Source of the DNA: Patescibacteria group bacterium
GTDB lineage: Bacteria; Patescibacteriota; Minisyncoccia; UBA6257; GWB1-50-10
Length of the DNA stretch: 56,238 nucleotides
Assembly: GCA_023380415.1 (NCBI GenBank)
Contig: JAMCRC010000025.1
Coordinates: forward strand, 1 to 56,238
Direction: 5' to 3'
Every line of letters begins with the position of its first letter. Positions within the stretch are counted from its first letter, which is position 1. The notes below the pieces were generated by a model. The model worked only from the letters and a program-made list of their open reading frames with translations, was not told the origin of the DNA and searched no databases. Made by a program: the position numbers and the translations under genes. Shown here piece after piece: positions 15,900 to 26,029 of this stretch.

Positions 15900-17633
15900 T
15901 CAGCGGCCAAGGAATTTGAGGAGCTTGGCGAGCGGATAGGTATTGATTATGTCAGCCCTAGTCGCCCACCCCCTTCTGGCTTGGGCGATGCCGTATTTCA
16001 GAAAACCGAAGTGGCCGGCCGCGTGAGCGTCCGAATCAATGGACATTTTGACGCCCGCTCTGACGCACTCGCGAACGTATTCGTCGCTTAGATCCGCCCG
16101 TTCCGGAAGCGCGTCGATCTCGAGAACCGTCCCGGTGCGCTTCGCCTCGGCGATGACGGCCCTCATGTCCACATCGTAGGCCGGCCGCTTGCCGATGAGG
16201 CGCCCGGTGGGATGGAAGAGTATGTCGACATTCGGGTTTTTCATCGCCTTGATTATCCTTTCGGTCTGCTCCCTGCGAGGCAGGTCGAAGTGGGAATGGA
16301 CCGAAACGCCCACGACATCAAGGCCGGCCAGGGCTCGGTCCGGCAGGTCGAGCGAGCCATCCTTCAGGATATCGCATTCCGTGCCCTTTAAGATCCTGAA
16401 TTTGGCGTGCTGCTTCCGGTATTTAGCATTCAGCTCGTCGATCTCTTTCCCTTGTTTCGCAAGACGTTTTTCGTCGAGGCCGTGGGTCATGGCCAGACGC
16501 TTGGTATGGTCGGTGACCGCCATATACTCAAGTCCCGCCCTAATGGCCGCCCCGGCCATTTCCGCGATCGAGGCCTCGCCGTCCGTCCATTCGGATTGAG
16601 TTTGAAGATCGCCCTTGAGGTCTCCGTAGCCGATGATATCCGGAAGCTTTCCGGCGAGCGCCAGATCTATCTCTCCTCGATTCTCGCGCATCTCGGGAGG
16701 GACATATTCCATGCCGAAGGCCTTATAAAGCTCTTCTTCGGTACGGCCGGCCAGAAATTTGTCCCCTCGCCAAAGCCCGTACTCGTTTAGTTTCCAACCC
16801 CTCTTTTCGGCCATGGTCCGCAAGGCGACGTTATGCTCTTTGGAACCGGTGAAATAGTTCAAGGCCGAGCCGTATGACCCGTCGGGGACGACCCGCACAT
16901 CCACTTGGAGGCCGCTCGCCAAACGGACCATCGATTTCGTGTCGCCTTTCGCAAGCACTCTAGAGACATCCGGCATCTTGGTGAACGCATCCATCACCTT
17001 TTCCGGGTCGGAGGCCACGACAAGAAAGTCGGCGTCGCCGATCGTTTCCTTCATCCGCCGGGAAGATCCGGCCAGGGTCGCCTTTTTCACCCCTTTCACG
17101 CTTCGGAGCCGGCGTTCGATCTCCTCGAGCTCCGGCATGACATGCCCCAGAATGAAACGCTTGCCGCTCCCTTTAGCGAAATCCAGGCCTTTCGCGATGC
17201 GTTCCCCGCTCTTCTCTCCAAAACCTTTTAACCCCTGGACCTTGCCGGACCTCACGGCGCGTTCAAGGTCCTTCAAGTTCTTCACCTTTAGCTTTTTATA
17301 CAAAAAATAGATGCGTTTCGGCCCCAACCCCTCCACCCGGGAAAGCCCGGCCAAGTCCACCGGTACGGCCTTTCTAAGCTTGTCGTAATATTTCAGACGG
17401 CCGGTCTTTACGAGCTCCTCGATCTTCAAAGCGATGGCCTCGCCCACGCCCGGCACGCCCATCAAGGCCTTGAGCCCGCCCGCACCGTAGACGGCCGCCA
17501 CCTCCTGATTCAACCCGGCGATCCCTCCGGCCGCCCGGCGGTAGGCCGCCGGTTTCCAAGCGACGCCCTGCATCTCCAAGTAGTCGGCGATGTCCTCGAG
17601 AATCCGCGCGATCTCTTGGTTACCGATCTTCAT
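15900..17633 (-). CDS. polX: DNA polymerase X with PHP domain
   Basis: AYRRAA, HhH motifs, GSSRR..ETIGDAD, VDVR, YFTGSKEHN and LNEYG; PHP motifs TDH, HPTGR and SDAH. Confidence 0.95.
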   Translation of the reverse strand: MKIGNQEIARILEDIADYLEMQGVAWKPAAYRRAAGGIAGLNQEVAAVYGAGGLKALMGVPGVGEAIALKIEELVKTGRLKYYDKLRKAVPVDLAGLSRVEGLGPKRIYFLYKKLKVKNLKDLERAVRSGKVQGLKGFGEKSGERIAKGLDFAKGSGKRFILGHVMPELEEIERRLRSVKGVKKATLAGSSRRMKETIGDADFLVVASDPEKVMDAFTKMPDVSRVLAKGDTKSMVRLASGLQVDVRVVPDGSYGSALNYFTGSKEHNVALRTMAEKRGWKLNEYGLWRGDKFLAGRTEEELYKAFGMEYVPPEMRENRGEIDLALAGKLPDIIGYGDLKGDLQTQSEWTDGEASIAEMAGAAIRAGLEYMAVTDHTKRLAMTHGLDEKRLAKQGKEIDELNAKYRKQHAKFRILKGTECDILKDGSLDLPDRALAGLDVVGVSVHSHFDLPRREQTERIIKAMKNPNVDILFHPTGRLIGKRPAYDVDMRAVIAEAKRTGTVLEIDALPERADLSDEYVRECVRAGVKMSIDSDAHAAGHFGFLKYGIAQARRGWATRADIINTYPLAKLLKFLGR

Positions 17634-17640
17634 GGGCAGA

Positions 17641-18321
17641 TCAAACCTTATCCACCGGCCTTTCGGGGTTGACCGCTTGAGGCGGGTTCCACTTCAACAT
17701 GTCTTTGCGGATGGAAAGGAAAAGCATGGAGATGGCGAGCGATATGACGCTGGCGGCGACGAAGAGGATCTGGAAACCGTAGCGGGAGGCCAAATAACCG
17801 CCCAAAGCGGCGGCGCCGGCCGTCGCAAGGCCGACCGAGATGACGCTTTCCAAACTCCATTCGAAGCTGATGCGCCATTTGTCCACGTGGCGGGTGAATA
17901 TGCCGTACCAGCTCGGGACCGCCCAAGCCATCAGGAATCCGTAGAGGGCCTGGACGAGATAAAGCTCCATCGGGGTGCGAACGAGGATATAAAGGAGAGG
18001 GACGAACGACTCGAGGAAATAGCCCCAGAACATGGCCCAAAAGGCCAAGACCTCACCGTTGCGACGGTCCAAAACCTTTGCGATCGGGAGCTGGAATATC
18101 GACTTCACTATCCAATAGACCGACGTGGCGAACCCGGCCACTTCGACCGATCCGCCGCCGATCTGATTCGTCACGAAGACGGCGAAGATCGGGGCGAACG
18201 ACCCGAAGGCGTAGTTGGTAAAAAAATCGACGACGACCATCGTCTTGACCACCCGGTTGAAATCCTTGAAGGACCTGAGGGCCTTCGTGAAAGAAAACTT
18301 AGCTGAACTTGAATTCTCCAT
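17641..18321 (-). CDS. Half-size MFS-type membrane transporter
   Basis: 226 aa with about 6 hydrophobic helices; motif A-like QLPIAKVLDRRNG; LGGYLASRYGF. Confidence 0.75.
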   Translation of the reverse strand: MENSSSAKFSFTKALRSFKDFNRVVKTMVVVDFFTNYAFGSFAPIFAVFVTNQIGGGSVEVAGFATSVYWIVKSIFQLPIAKVLDRRNGEVLAFWAMFWGYFLESFVPLLYILVRTPMELYLVQALYGFLMAWAVPSWYGIFTRHVDKWRISFEWSLESVISVGLATAGAAALGGYLASRYGFQILFVAASVISLAISMLFLSIRKDMLKWNPPQAVNPERPVDKV

Positions 18322-20776
18322 TTTGGAAGCTTAATTGGATGCGATCGCCTCTCTTCACCTCCTCGCGAAGGATCTTTTCGGCCAGGACCGACCGGACCTT
18401 TTCTTCTATCGCGCCCCGCAAGGGACGGGCGCCGAAGACCGGACTCCAGCCGATCTGGACCAGGCCCTTGAGGGATGCTTCGTCGAAAACAAGGGTCATG
18501 CCGTTCGATTCCTTGAGCGCTTCGGCGAGCTCCTGCATCATCAAGCCCGCCACCAAGGCGAGCTCCGATGGCGTTAGTTCCCGGAAGACGATAATGTCCG
18601 AAAAACGGTTCAAGAGCTCCGGTTTGAAAACGCTGGTCAGCTTGTCCTTTATCTCGTCGGCGATCTCCGCCACCTTCTTCCCCTTCTCTATCTCCGATTT
18701 GATGTAATCGGAATTGGCGTTCGACGTGGCGATAATTATCGTATTCGTGAAATCCACGGTTCGGCCCAAGCTGTCCGTGAGCCGGCCGTCGTCGAACACC
18801 TGCAGGAAGAGGTTCAATATGTCCGGACTGGCCTTTTCGAACTCATCGAGAAGGACTAATTGGTACGGCTTCTCGCGTACCGCGTCCGTCAGGACCCCGG
18901 GACGGCTTCCGTCCGGGGCGCCGATGAAGCGCTCCAAACTGGATTTTTCCTGGAACTCGGTCATGTCGAAGCGCGAGAGGGCGCCGCGATCGCCGAACTG
19001 GACCTCGGCCAATATCTTGGCGAGCTCCGTCTTTCCCACGCCGGTGGGGCCGACGAAAAGGAACGATGCTATGGGGCCCCCTTTGCGCTTCAATCCCGCC
19101 CGGTATTCACGGAGGGCTCGGGACACGGCCGAAACGGCCGCTTCCTGGTCGATCAGCTTCTTGTGAATGGTGGTCTCGAGGCCCAGAAGTTCCCTGGCTT
19201 CCACCTGGCCGGCTCTTTGGATTGGGATGCGGCTCAATTTTTCCGCCAGAGCCGTGACATCGCTTCCCGTAACCGCTTTCCGCCGCATATCGGCGAGGGC
19301 GGCGATGGTCTGTTTCAAAAGATCGGTCGCGCTCCCCGGCAGAAGCTTTTGGGAGAAATAACGATGAGCGAGATCGACCGCCGCTTTGACCGCGCCGAAG
19401 GTGATGAAAGTGCGATTGGCCTTTTCGAGAAGCAGACTCTCGTAGATCAGGACCCGAACCGCATCTTCCTCCGCGATCTCATCCACCCGGACGACATCGA
19501 ATTGTTCCAGGAAATCGGTCCGCGGTTCGACGTACGCCTTGAACTCGCGCGGATAGGTCTCGGCGACCACCGGAATGCCGGCATCCCGAATGACCGGCAA
19601 TATCAGGTCGATGGCGTTCAACCCTCCCTTGTCGGCCGTCTTGAACCAATCATGAACGTTGGGCAGGAAAAGGACCACGTTCCCCGCCGTGACTATCTCT
19701 TCCGCAATGAGGCGCAGCCGTCCGGCCAGAACTTCCGCCGCGGCCCCGGCCAAAAGGCCGGCCACATCCAAGGAGACCAAGCGCTTATCGAAGAGGACCG
19801 GAGGCACGTCGTCCTTGATCATCCGGAAGGCCAAATGAGCGATCAGGGTGGACTTGCCGCTCCCCGGCTCGCCGACAAGGAGCGCGTTCGGCTTTCCGGG
19901 ACGAGCCACGACGTCCAAGAGGCCGTTGAATTCTTTCTCGTGGCCGATAAGAAGGCCGATCTTCTCGCGTCGCGCAAGGTCGGTGAGGTCGATGCCGAAT
20001 TGGTCCAAATTGGGCGTCGGTCGCGCCGTCCAGGCGCGATTCATCGTCCGATGGCGAAGGAAACGCGAGGCGTAGACGAAACCGCCGATCGTGGCCGGAA
20101 CCGAGCGGAGGCGCGAGAATCGGCGGCGGAAACGGCCGAAGATGACGGCCGTGGACGCGTCTTCGGTGCTGATATTCGCTGCATCGAAAAGCGATCGGAC
20201 CCTGGGGTCGGCCACGGAGAATAGGGCGCCGAACAAGCTGCGGCACTCGATGTAGGATTCGTTGGAGTCCACGGCGACCTGATAGGCCCGCAAGACGAAG
20301 TCGGCGACGGTCGCTTGGAGATCGGTCTCGCCGTTCCCTTGAGATAGAAGCCCTTCCAATTTCCCCTTAAGGTCGCCGATGTCGGCCTCGAGGCGCTTCA
20401 GGGTCTCGCGAACGTCACGCCGTTCGAGCAGGACCCATAAAAGGACCAGATGAAAGTCCTGATTGGTCACCGTGCTGCGCCTTCTCGCATAGGCCAAGGC
20501 GCGGGAGGCGGTCGGCGTAAGGGCCAGCGCCAAGTTCGCCCGGTTCTGCCGCTGCAATTCGAAGAGCGTTCTTTCTCCTTTTTTCGCGTGGTAGGCCCGA
20601 TCCAAAAGGAAGAGGGCGAGGAGCAGCCCCACGAAGAACAATTTGGTTTGGGGCGCCATAAGAAATACGACCGTCGCGACCGCAAGAACGATGTAGGCGC
20701 AGATAACGACGAGGCGGGCCAGGAAATCTCCGGCCGGATTCAGGCGAAAACGCTTGTCTTTGAAATATACTTCCAT
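18299..20776 (-). CDS. ClpA/B/C-family AAA+ ATPase with N-terminal transmembrane helices
   Basis: Walker A motifs GEPGSGKS and GPTGVGKT, plus LLDEFEKA, DDGRLTD, FKPELLNR and GARPLR. The likely start is ATG 20776 (MEVYFK), followed by two TM segments. Confidence 0.9.
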   Translation of the reverse strand: MEVYFKDKRFRLNPAGDFLARLVVICAYIVLAVATVVFLMAPQTKLFFVGLLLALFLLDRAYHAKKGERTLFELQRQNRANLALALTPTASRALAYARRRSTVTNQDFHLVLLWVLLERRDVRETLKRLEADIGDLKGKLEGLLSQGNGETDLQATVADFVLRAYQVAVDSNESYIECRSLFGALFSVADPRVRSLFDAANISTEDASTAVIFGRFRRRFSRLRSVPATIGGFVYASRFLRHRTMNRAWTARPTPNLDQFGIDLTDLARREKIGLLIGHEKEFNGLLDVVARPGKPNALLVGEPGSGKSTLIAHLAFRMIKDDVPPVLFDKRLVSLDVAGLLAGAAAEVLAGRLRLIAEEIVTAGNVVLFLPNVHDWFKTADKGGLNAIDLILPVIRDAGIPVVAETYPREFKAYVEPRTDFLEQFDVVRVDEIAEEDAVRVLIYESLLLEKANRTFITFGAVKAAVDLAHRYFSQKLLPGSATDLLKQTIAALADMRRKAVTGSDVTALAEKLSRIPIQRAGQVEARELLGLETTIHKKLIDQEAAVSAVSRALREYRAGLKRKGGPIASFLFVGPTGVGKTELAKILAEVQFGDRGALSRFDMTEFQEKSSLERFIGAPDGSRPGVLTDAVREKPYQLVLLDEFEKASPDILNLFLQVFDDGRLTDSLGRTVDFTNTIIIATSNANSDYIKSEIEKGKKVAEIADEIKDKLTSVFKPELLNRFSDIIVFRELTPSELALVAGLMMQELAEALKESNGMTLVFDEASLKGLVQIGWSPVFGARPLRGAIEEKVRSVLAEKILREEVKRGDRIQLSFQNGEFKFS

Positions 20777-20778
20777 GT

Positions 20779-21114
20779 TCAAACGAATATCCTCGCGATC
20801 ACGTAGACCGGCAGTATCCACCAGATCGCGTAAACGGCGAGGGCGGCGATCCCCAAGACCAGATACACGGCCGTTCCGACCAAAAGCCGGAAGAGACGCA
20901 AAGGCAATCCGATCAATCGGCCGACGATCGAATAGTCCCCGTAGAGCGGCTCGAAGAAATGCTGCAACGTTATTTTGAAGGCCAAAACGCGGTCCAGGTC
21001 GCGGAACCGGTCGATCAGAAAATCGAAATAAACGCGGGCGCTTCCGAGATACCAATGCCGCAGGAATTCGGCGATCCGAAAGACGAATTGCTCGCTCAGA
21101 TACACAAAAACCAT
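20779..21114 (-). CDS. Small membrane protein coupled to the Clp ATPase
   Basis: 111 aa with a hydrophobic C-terminal half; TATAAT 7 nt upstream; stops 2 nt before the Clp ATG. Confidence 0.75.
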   Translation of the reverse strand: MVFVYLSEQFVFRIAEFLRHWYLGSARVYFDFLIDRFRDLDRVLAFKITLQHFFEPLYGDYSIVGRLIGLPLRLFRLLVGTAVYLVLGIAALAVYAIWWILPVYVIARIFV

Positions 21115-21163
21115 CGGGTTTATTATAGCCCAACCCTCAAAATAGCGCTAAAATCACGGATTT

Positions 21164-22525
21164 TCAGTTAGTGCCCTCGGCAGGAATCGAACCTGCACCT
21201 TCTCCTTCGGAGGGAGATATTCTATCCATTGGACTACGAGGGCCTATCCCCATGAGTATGCCTAAGGCCAACCAGAACATCAACTGTCCGCTCCAGAGGT
21301 CCCAATAAAAATGGTCCACGAGGCCGAAGATAAGCGCGCCGGAAACGAGGATCAAGGCGAACCAAGTGTCCGCATCCTTGCCACCCAGCCAAGCGCGGAA
21401 CTTGCCGTACACGAGCCAACCCAAGAAAAAAATGAGGGCGAGGAAACCGACGATCCCAGTATCGGCCAATGCCAAGAGATAAATGTCATGGATGGGCTGG
21501 GCCTGGAAGGCGTAATTCAAACCGAAAGCCCGATACCAACCGTTCCTCTCCGCCACCAAGACCTGGTTCTTGAGCCCAACGCCCAAAGGATACGCCTCCG
21601 GAAAATTCAAAAGCCCCATCTCATTGTAGATCACCCGATCCACGACCGACGGCTCTTCGGATGAAAACCCGGCGCGAGCGAATATGAGCCGGCCGCCGAC
21701 CGGGACCAAGAAAGCGCCGGCCGCCAGGAGAACGAAAATTACTGCCGTCGCCCGCCGCCTCAGGTCCTTTCGCCAGAGGCCGTACGCCACGAGAGCCGCG
21801 ACGGTGAGGCCGGCCACGATCCAACCCGATCGCGAAAAGGTGAATATAAGGCCAGCCAGGATGAAGAAGAGACCGGCCGCCAAACCGATGCGCGCCCACG
21901 GCCTTCTCGCCCGATACAAGAGGTAGACGGCCGCCACGAGGCCGAAACCGAGAAAGGCGGCGAGGATGTTCGCATGAGGCATCGTTCCGTAGCTTCTGAG
22001 GTAAGCGAGCCCGTTCGCCGCTACCCTGGCGATGCCCGGGGTGGTGAGCCCTATAACCGACTCGCCGAGCCACCTGAGCCCCAAACTGGTCTGGTCCCGG
22101 AACTGCAGCAGGGCCACGGCGCTTTGGAACACGGCGGAGGCGAAAAGGGCGGAGAAAACGGCGGTAAGGGACAGTTTCTTGCCGATGATGAGCGCGCTCA
22201 AAGAAAGGGCGAAGGCGAAGAGAAGAACGAGACGGGCAAGGCCGTAGGCGGCGAGGAGCGGCGAGAACGACCAGAACGTGGCGACGATGGCCGCTCCGGC
22301 GACGACCGCGAGCGGCTTTAGATACTTGGCGTGCCAATCCATCTCCCGAAGGCCCCAAAACGCAAGGAACACCAGGAGCAGCAGGTCGGTGCCGTAAAGG
22401 AATATCCCGAAATATTCCGAAACGACCGGCGTCGCGCTCCAAACGAACTTCTTGGCGTCGAAGGGAATGGAAAAAACCAAGAGCCAGAGGACGATATCCC
22501 GTAGATGGTGCCTGATCCAATTCAT
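21164..22525 (-). CDS. O-antigen ligase / Wzy_C family membrane protein
   Basis: Polytopic; RSYGTMPHANILAAF, TFSRSGW, PLGVG and PIHDIYL motifs. The C-terminus reads through the tRNA. Confidence 0.85.
   Translation of the reverse strand: MNWIRHHLRDIVLWLLVFSIPFDAKKFVWSATPVVSEYFGIFLYGTDLLLLVFLAFWGLREMDWHAKYLKPLAVVAGAAIVATFWSFSPLLAAYGLARLVLLFAFALSLSALIIGKKLSLTAVFSALFASAVFQSAVALLQFRDQTSLGLRWLGESVIGLTTPGIARVAANGLAYLRSYGTMPHANILAAFLGFGLVAAVYLLYRARRPWARIGLAAGLFFILAGLIFTFSRSGWIVAGLTVAALVAYGLWRKDLRRRATAVIFVLLAAGAFLVPVGGRLIFARAGFSSEEPSVVDRVIYNEMGLLNFPEAYPLGVGLKNQVLVAERNGWYRAFGLNYAFQAQPIHDIYLLALADTGIVGFLALIFFLGWLVYGKFRAWLGGKDADTWFALILVSGALIFGLVDHFYWDLWSGQLMFWLALGILMGIGPRSPMDRISPSEGEGAGSIPAEGTN
21172..21243 (-). 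tRNA. tRNA-Arg(CCG)
   Basis: Acceptor GCCCTCG/CGAGGGC-A, D arm GTCC-AATGGATA-GAAT, anticodon arm TCTCC-CTCCGAA-GGAGA, T arm GCAGG-TTCGATT-CCTGC; no encoded CCA. Confidence 0.95.
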
Positions 22526-23628
22526 GCCAAACTGATTATCTCATAGACCGCCGCGGCGAGGAAAATCGCATACAGCGCCCAGGAGACCGGCCGCCACCTG
22601 CTCCGAGGCACGAGCCGCCGCCAAATATGGACCACGAGGGCGCTGTCGAAAGCCAAGAAGAGCCCGCCCAAGAGGCCGATCACCGAGAGAAAATTATTAA
22701 GGCCCAAAAAGTAAAAAATGGGCGGGCCGGCGACGACCGCGAGCGCTCCCAAGACCTTTGGCCATTTGAGGTCCAGATCGAGCATCTCCTTGGCATTCAA
22801 TCCGATCACGATATACGACTTCCAAATGGCGACGAGGCCCATGACCCCGAGAACGGCAAGGGCCGCGGGCGGCAGGCCGGTAAGGCCGCTCAAGGTATCC
22901 GGGGTCGGATGGGACGTAAGACGCAGTACCCCGATGGCGAAAGCGAAATAAACGGCGGCCGCGAGGAACGTTCCCCAGAAAGCTACTCGGCCGATCGAGA
23001 ATGGCGCGCCGGCCTTGGCGCTCTCGCGCTCCTTTTCCACGACCTGGGCCATGGCCGAACGTCCGGCGAGAGAAAAAAGGAGCGGTCCGAACGGCAGGAA
23101 GACGAGCGGCCAGTTCAGGGCCGGCGGCCAGACCTGCGCCCCGAGCGGACCGGACCCGAAACCGAAGACGACGGCGATAAAAGCGACAAGGGCGGCGACG
23201 CCGAAAAATTCCGTCCAACCGACCACGCTCAAACGGAAGAAAATAAAGAGCGAACCGAGGGCCCAAAATACCAAGAGCACCGGCCGGGCGGCGACGCCGA
23301 AGATCAGCGCGCCGAAGGCCGGCGCGAGGATCAAATAGACCGTGAGAATGAGCAGGAACTCGGCGAGAACGACGATGCTCGACGCCTGCGAGGCCCAAGG
23401 GTTCATGCTCTCGCGGAGGAAGTACAGGAAATTATGTCCGGGGGGAGCCGTTTTGAGCGCCTCCCCATAAAACAGATGGACTAAAAAGTACACCAGGCCG
23501 AAGAACAACAGGTAAGCTGCGGCGAGCACGAGACCGACCTGTCCCAAAATATAGGGTAAAGAAAAAATACCGGCACCAAGAATGGTGCCCGCGAGTATCG
23601 TGACCGATATGAGGAAACTCTTGTTCAT
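22522..23628 (-). CDS. Amino acid permease (aromatic amino acid/HAAAP-like)
   Basis: Signature LAGTILGAGIFSLPY; about 11 TM segments. Confidence 0.8.
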   Translation of the reverse strand: MNKSFLISVTILAGTILGAGIFSLPYILGQVGLVLAAAYLLFFGLVYFLVHLFYGEALKTAPPGHNFLYFLRESMNPWASQASSIVVLAEFLLILTVYLILAPAFGALIFGVAARPVLLVFWALGSLFIFFRLSVVGWTEFFGVAALVAFIAVVFGFGSGPLGAQVWPPALNWPLVFLPFGPLLFSLAGRSAMAQVVEKERESAKAGAPFSIGRVAFWGTFLAAAVYFAFAIGVLRLTSHPTPDTLSGLTGLPPAALAVLGVMGLVAIWKSYIVIGLNAKEMLDLDLKWPKVLGALAVVAGPPIFYFLGLNNFLSVIGLLGGLFLAFDSALVVHIWRRLVPRSRWRPVSWALYAIFLAAAVYEIISLA

Positions 23629-23690
23629 TCTAAAAACCGCACGCCCGAGACGACTTGGGTCTTTAAAAACGCAGGTCGGGGAACCAAAAC

Positions 23691-23981
23691 CTAAGCCACG
23701 AGGTACACCTCGTCGCCTTCGCGCACCTTGTCCCGCACCTTGATGCCGACCTCCTGGTTCTTCTTGGCCTCGGGGATGGACTCGTGATTGAACTGGATCG
23801 ATCCCACGATGTCCTCAAAATCCGTCGTGGCTCCCTTGAATCGGAGCTTAGCGCCGGTCGCGATCGGTACGCCGCACTTAACGATGGCCACGCCTATTCC
23901 TCCGTAGAAATGGGTCACGATGCCGATCGGCTTGCCCAATTGGCCGCCCTCTTTTTTAGATTTAAGAAAATTGAACATCAT
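23691..23981 (-). CDS. Small EF-Tu-domain-II/U32-C-terminal-like beta-barrel protein
   Basis: IGIVTHFYGGIGVA...SIQ...A..NQEVGIKV..KVREGDEVY pattern. Confidence 0.7.
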   Translation of the reverse strand: MMFNFLKSKKEGGQLGKPIGIVTHFYGGIGVAIVKCGVPIATGAKLRFKGATTDFEDIVGSIQFNHESIPEAKKNQEVGIKVRDKVREGDEVYLVA

Positions 23982-23988
23982 CGTTCAT

Positions 23989-24624
23989 TTAAAGAACGCG
24001 ACCTTTGAGGCCGTTCTTAGCCTCCGCCTCCCCGATCAGTTTCTCCACTTTATCCAAAAGGCGCGACGGGTCATCGTCGAAAACGACGGTCCCCAACCCC
24101 CGGTGGGCGTTCTCAAGAATGCCGCGGATCATATCGGCCGTTCCGCCCGTCCCCTCAAGGACCCCGATTGGTTTATGGTCCTCGAAGGCGATCGTGAACT
24201 CGTTCAAGGTTCCCGTCCGGCCGCAGATGGTGATGACGGCATCCGCGGAACGCGTGAGAAGCAGGTTCCGGCCGGAATAATCGAAACCGGTATAGACGAT
24301 GAGATCGTGGTAATCGAGAGGCAGATGGTACGTCTTCACATGGGCCGTTTTCGAGGCCGCCGGCGATATCCCGATAACGATGCCGCCCGCATCCTTCGCG
24401 CCCTTAGCGGCGAAATAGGGCACGCCGATCGTCGCGCCGGTCACGAGGATATGGCCGCGGCGGGCGATCTCCGCTCCGATCGCCTCCGCTTTTTCGAGCG
24501 TCCCGCGCGTGCAATGGCCCGTCTCGGCCGCGCCGGAAACGCAGAATTTGTACTTCAGATGGTAAGCGTGATTGCGATTGCGGCCGCTCAATATCTCTTT
24601 TTCGGTTATTTTTTTTCTTGGCAT
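23989..24624 (-). CDS. LOG/SLOG family protein (TIGR00725-like)
   Basis: LVTGA..G.P, GISP, GRN...RSADAVI and G.TGTLNE motifs. Confidence 0.85.
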   Translation of the reverse strand: MPRKKITEKEILSGRNRNHAYHLKYKFCVSGAAETGHCTRGTLEKAEAIGAEIARRGHILVTGATIGVPYFAAKGAKDAGGIVIGISPAASKTAHVKTYHLPLDYHDLIVYTGFDYSGRNLLLTRSADAVITICGRTGTLNEFTIAFEDHKPIGVLEGTGGTADMIRGILENAHRGLGTVVFDDDPSRLLDKVEKLIGEAEAKNGLKGRVL

Positions 24625-24652
24625 GCTGGTTTGATATGTCGGATTTATTTGA

Positions 24653-26008
24653 TTATAACACCGTTTCGTCGCCCAACGAAGGCGTGGCGGCCTCGACGTT
24701 CAGTTCTTCCTTGATCTTGGCGGCGAGCGCCTTTTCGCTCTCCTCCTCGCCCTGGCAGACGAACAATTTTTGGAGGGATGGGCCGATCTGCCGCACCCAA
24801 AGAACCAGCCCGTTCTGGTCGGCGTGGGCCGAAAAACCGCTGATGTTCAGTATCTTCGCCCGCACATTCACCTCTTCGCCGAATATCTTTACGACCGATT
24901 CGCCCGCGACGAGGCGCTGCCCCAGCGATCCTTTGGCTTGGTAGCCGACAACAAGCAAGGTGCTCTTCTCGTCGGGCAGATACCGGATAGCATGGTGCAG
25001 GATCCGCCCGCCGTTCATCATTCCGGCGCCGGCAATGACGACCTTCGGTCCCGGTACGTCGTTGATTTCCTTGGACTGCTCTTTGGTAAGAGTCATGTGA
25101 AGGCCGGGAAAATCGAAGATGGCATCGCCTTGGCGCATCAATCCGACGGCTTCGCCGTTGAAGTAGTCCGGATTCGAGGCGTATTTCTGATAGACCGCGG
25201 TGAGTTTGATCGCCAGAGGACTGTCGACGAAGACCGGCACGCGCGGGATATCGCCGCTCTCGACCAGATCGTTCATGGCGTAAAGCAGGTCTTGGGTGCG
25301 CTCCATGGCGAAAGCCGGGACCATGAGGACGCCGCCTTTCTTGATGGTATCGACGATAGCGCTCCTAAGCGCTGCCTTCCTTTCGTCTACGCCTTCGTGC
25401 AGACGATCGCCGTAGGCCGATTCGACCAAGGCGAACTGGGCACCCGGGACGTATTCGGTGGGGTGGATGTAGGGCGCCGGCGTATTGCCGAGATCTCCGG
25501 AAAATACCATCTCTTTGCCGCTCCAGCGGACCACGACCGAGGCCGAGCCCAGTATATGGCCCGCATCGTAGGTCTCGACCTCGAACGGACCGATCTGGAC
25601 CTTCTCGTGATATTTGCGCTTCTGCCAGTGCGCCATCACTTTCAAAATATCGGAGGCGTCGTAGAGCGGCGGCTGGTGACGCTTGTCCGACTCCTGCCGG
25701 AGAAGGTGCTCCGAATCGAGAAGGAGGAGTTCGGCGAAATCTTTCGTCGGCGGCGTGGAATAGATCGTTCCATCGAACCCGGCCTTCACGAGCGAAGGCA
25801 GCCGGCCGATATGGTCCAGATGGGCGTGGGTCACAAAGACCGCTTTTATTTCTTTGGGGTCGTATTTGAATGGCTCGAAGTTGAGGTCCTCGCAGTAGCT
25901 AGGTCCCTGGTTCAAGCCGCAATCGACCAGAATTTTGGTATCCCCTTCCTCTAAAAGATAATTGGAGCCGGTCACCGTCTTGGCCGCTCCGCAGAATGTT
26001 AGCTTCAT
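24653..26008 (-). CDS. MBL-fold beta-CASP ribonuclease
   Basis: VTGS, VDCG, THAHLDHIG, AGHILGS, FSGDLG, ESAYG and FSAHAD motifs. Confidence 0.92.
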   Translation of the reverse strand: MKLTFCGAAKTVTGSNYLLEEGDTKILVDCGLNQGPSYCEDLNFEPFKYDPKEIKAVFVTHAHLDHIGRLPSLVKAGFDGTIYSTPPTKDFAELLLLDSEHLLRQESDKRHQPPLYDASDILKVMAHWQKRKYHEKVQIGPFEVETYDAGHILGSASVVVRWSGKEMVFSGDLGNTPAPYIHPTEYVPGAQFALVESAYGDRLHEGVDERKAALRSAIVDTIKKGGVLMVPAFAMERTQDLLYAMNDLVESGDIPRVPVFVDSPLAIKLTAVYQKYASNPDYFNGEAVGLMRQGDAIFDFPGLHMTLTKEQSKEINDVPGPKVVIAGAGMMNGGRILHHAIRYLPDEKSTLLVVGYQAKGSLGQRLVAGESVVKIFGEEVNVRAKILNISGFSAHADQNGLVLWVRQIGPSLQKLFVCQGEEESEKALAAKIKEELNVEAATPSLGDETVL

Positions 26009-26029
26009 AAGGTCATTATAGACCCGATG

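Noticed and set aside
20777..21133. 944-aa version of the Clp ATPase
   Set aside because: The extension overlaps the better supported 111-aa membrane gene; ATG 20776 is preferred.
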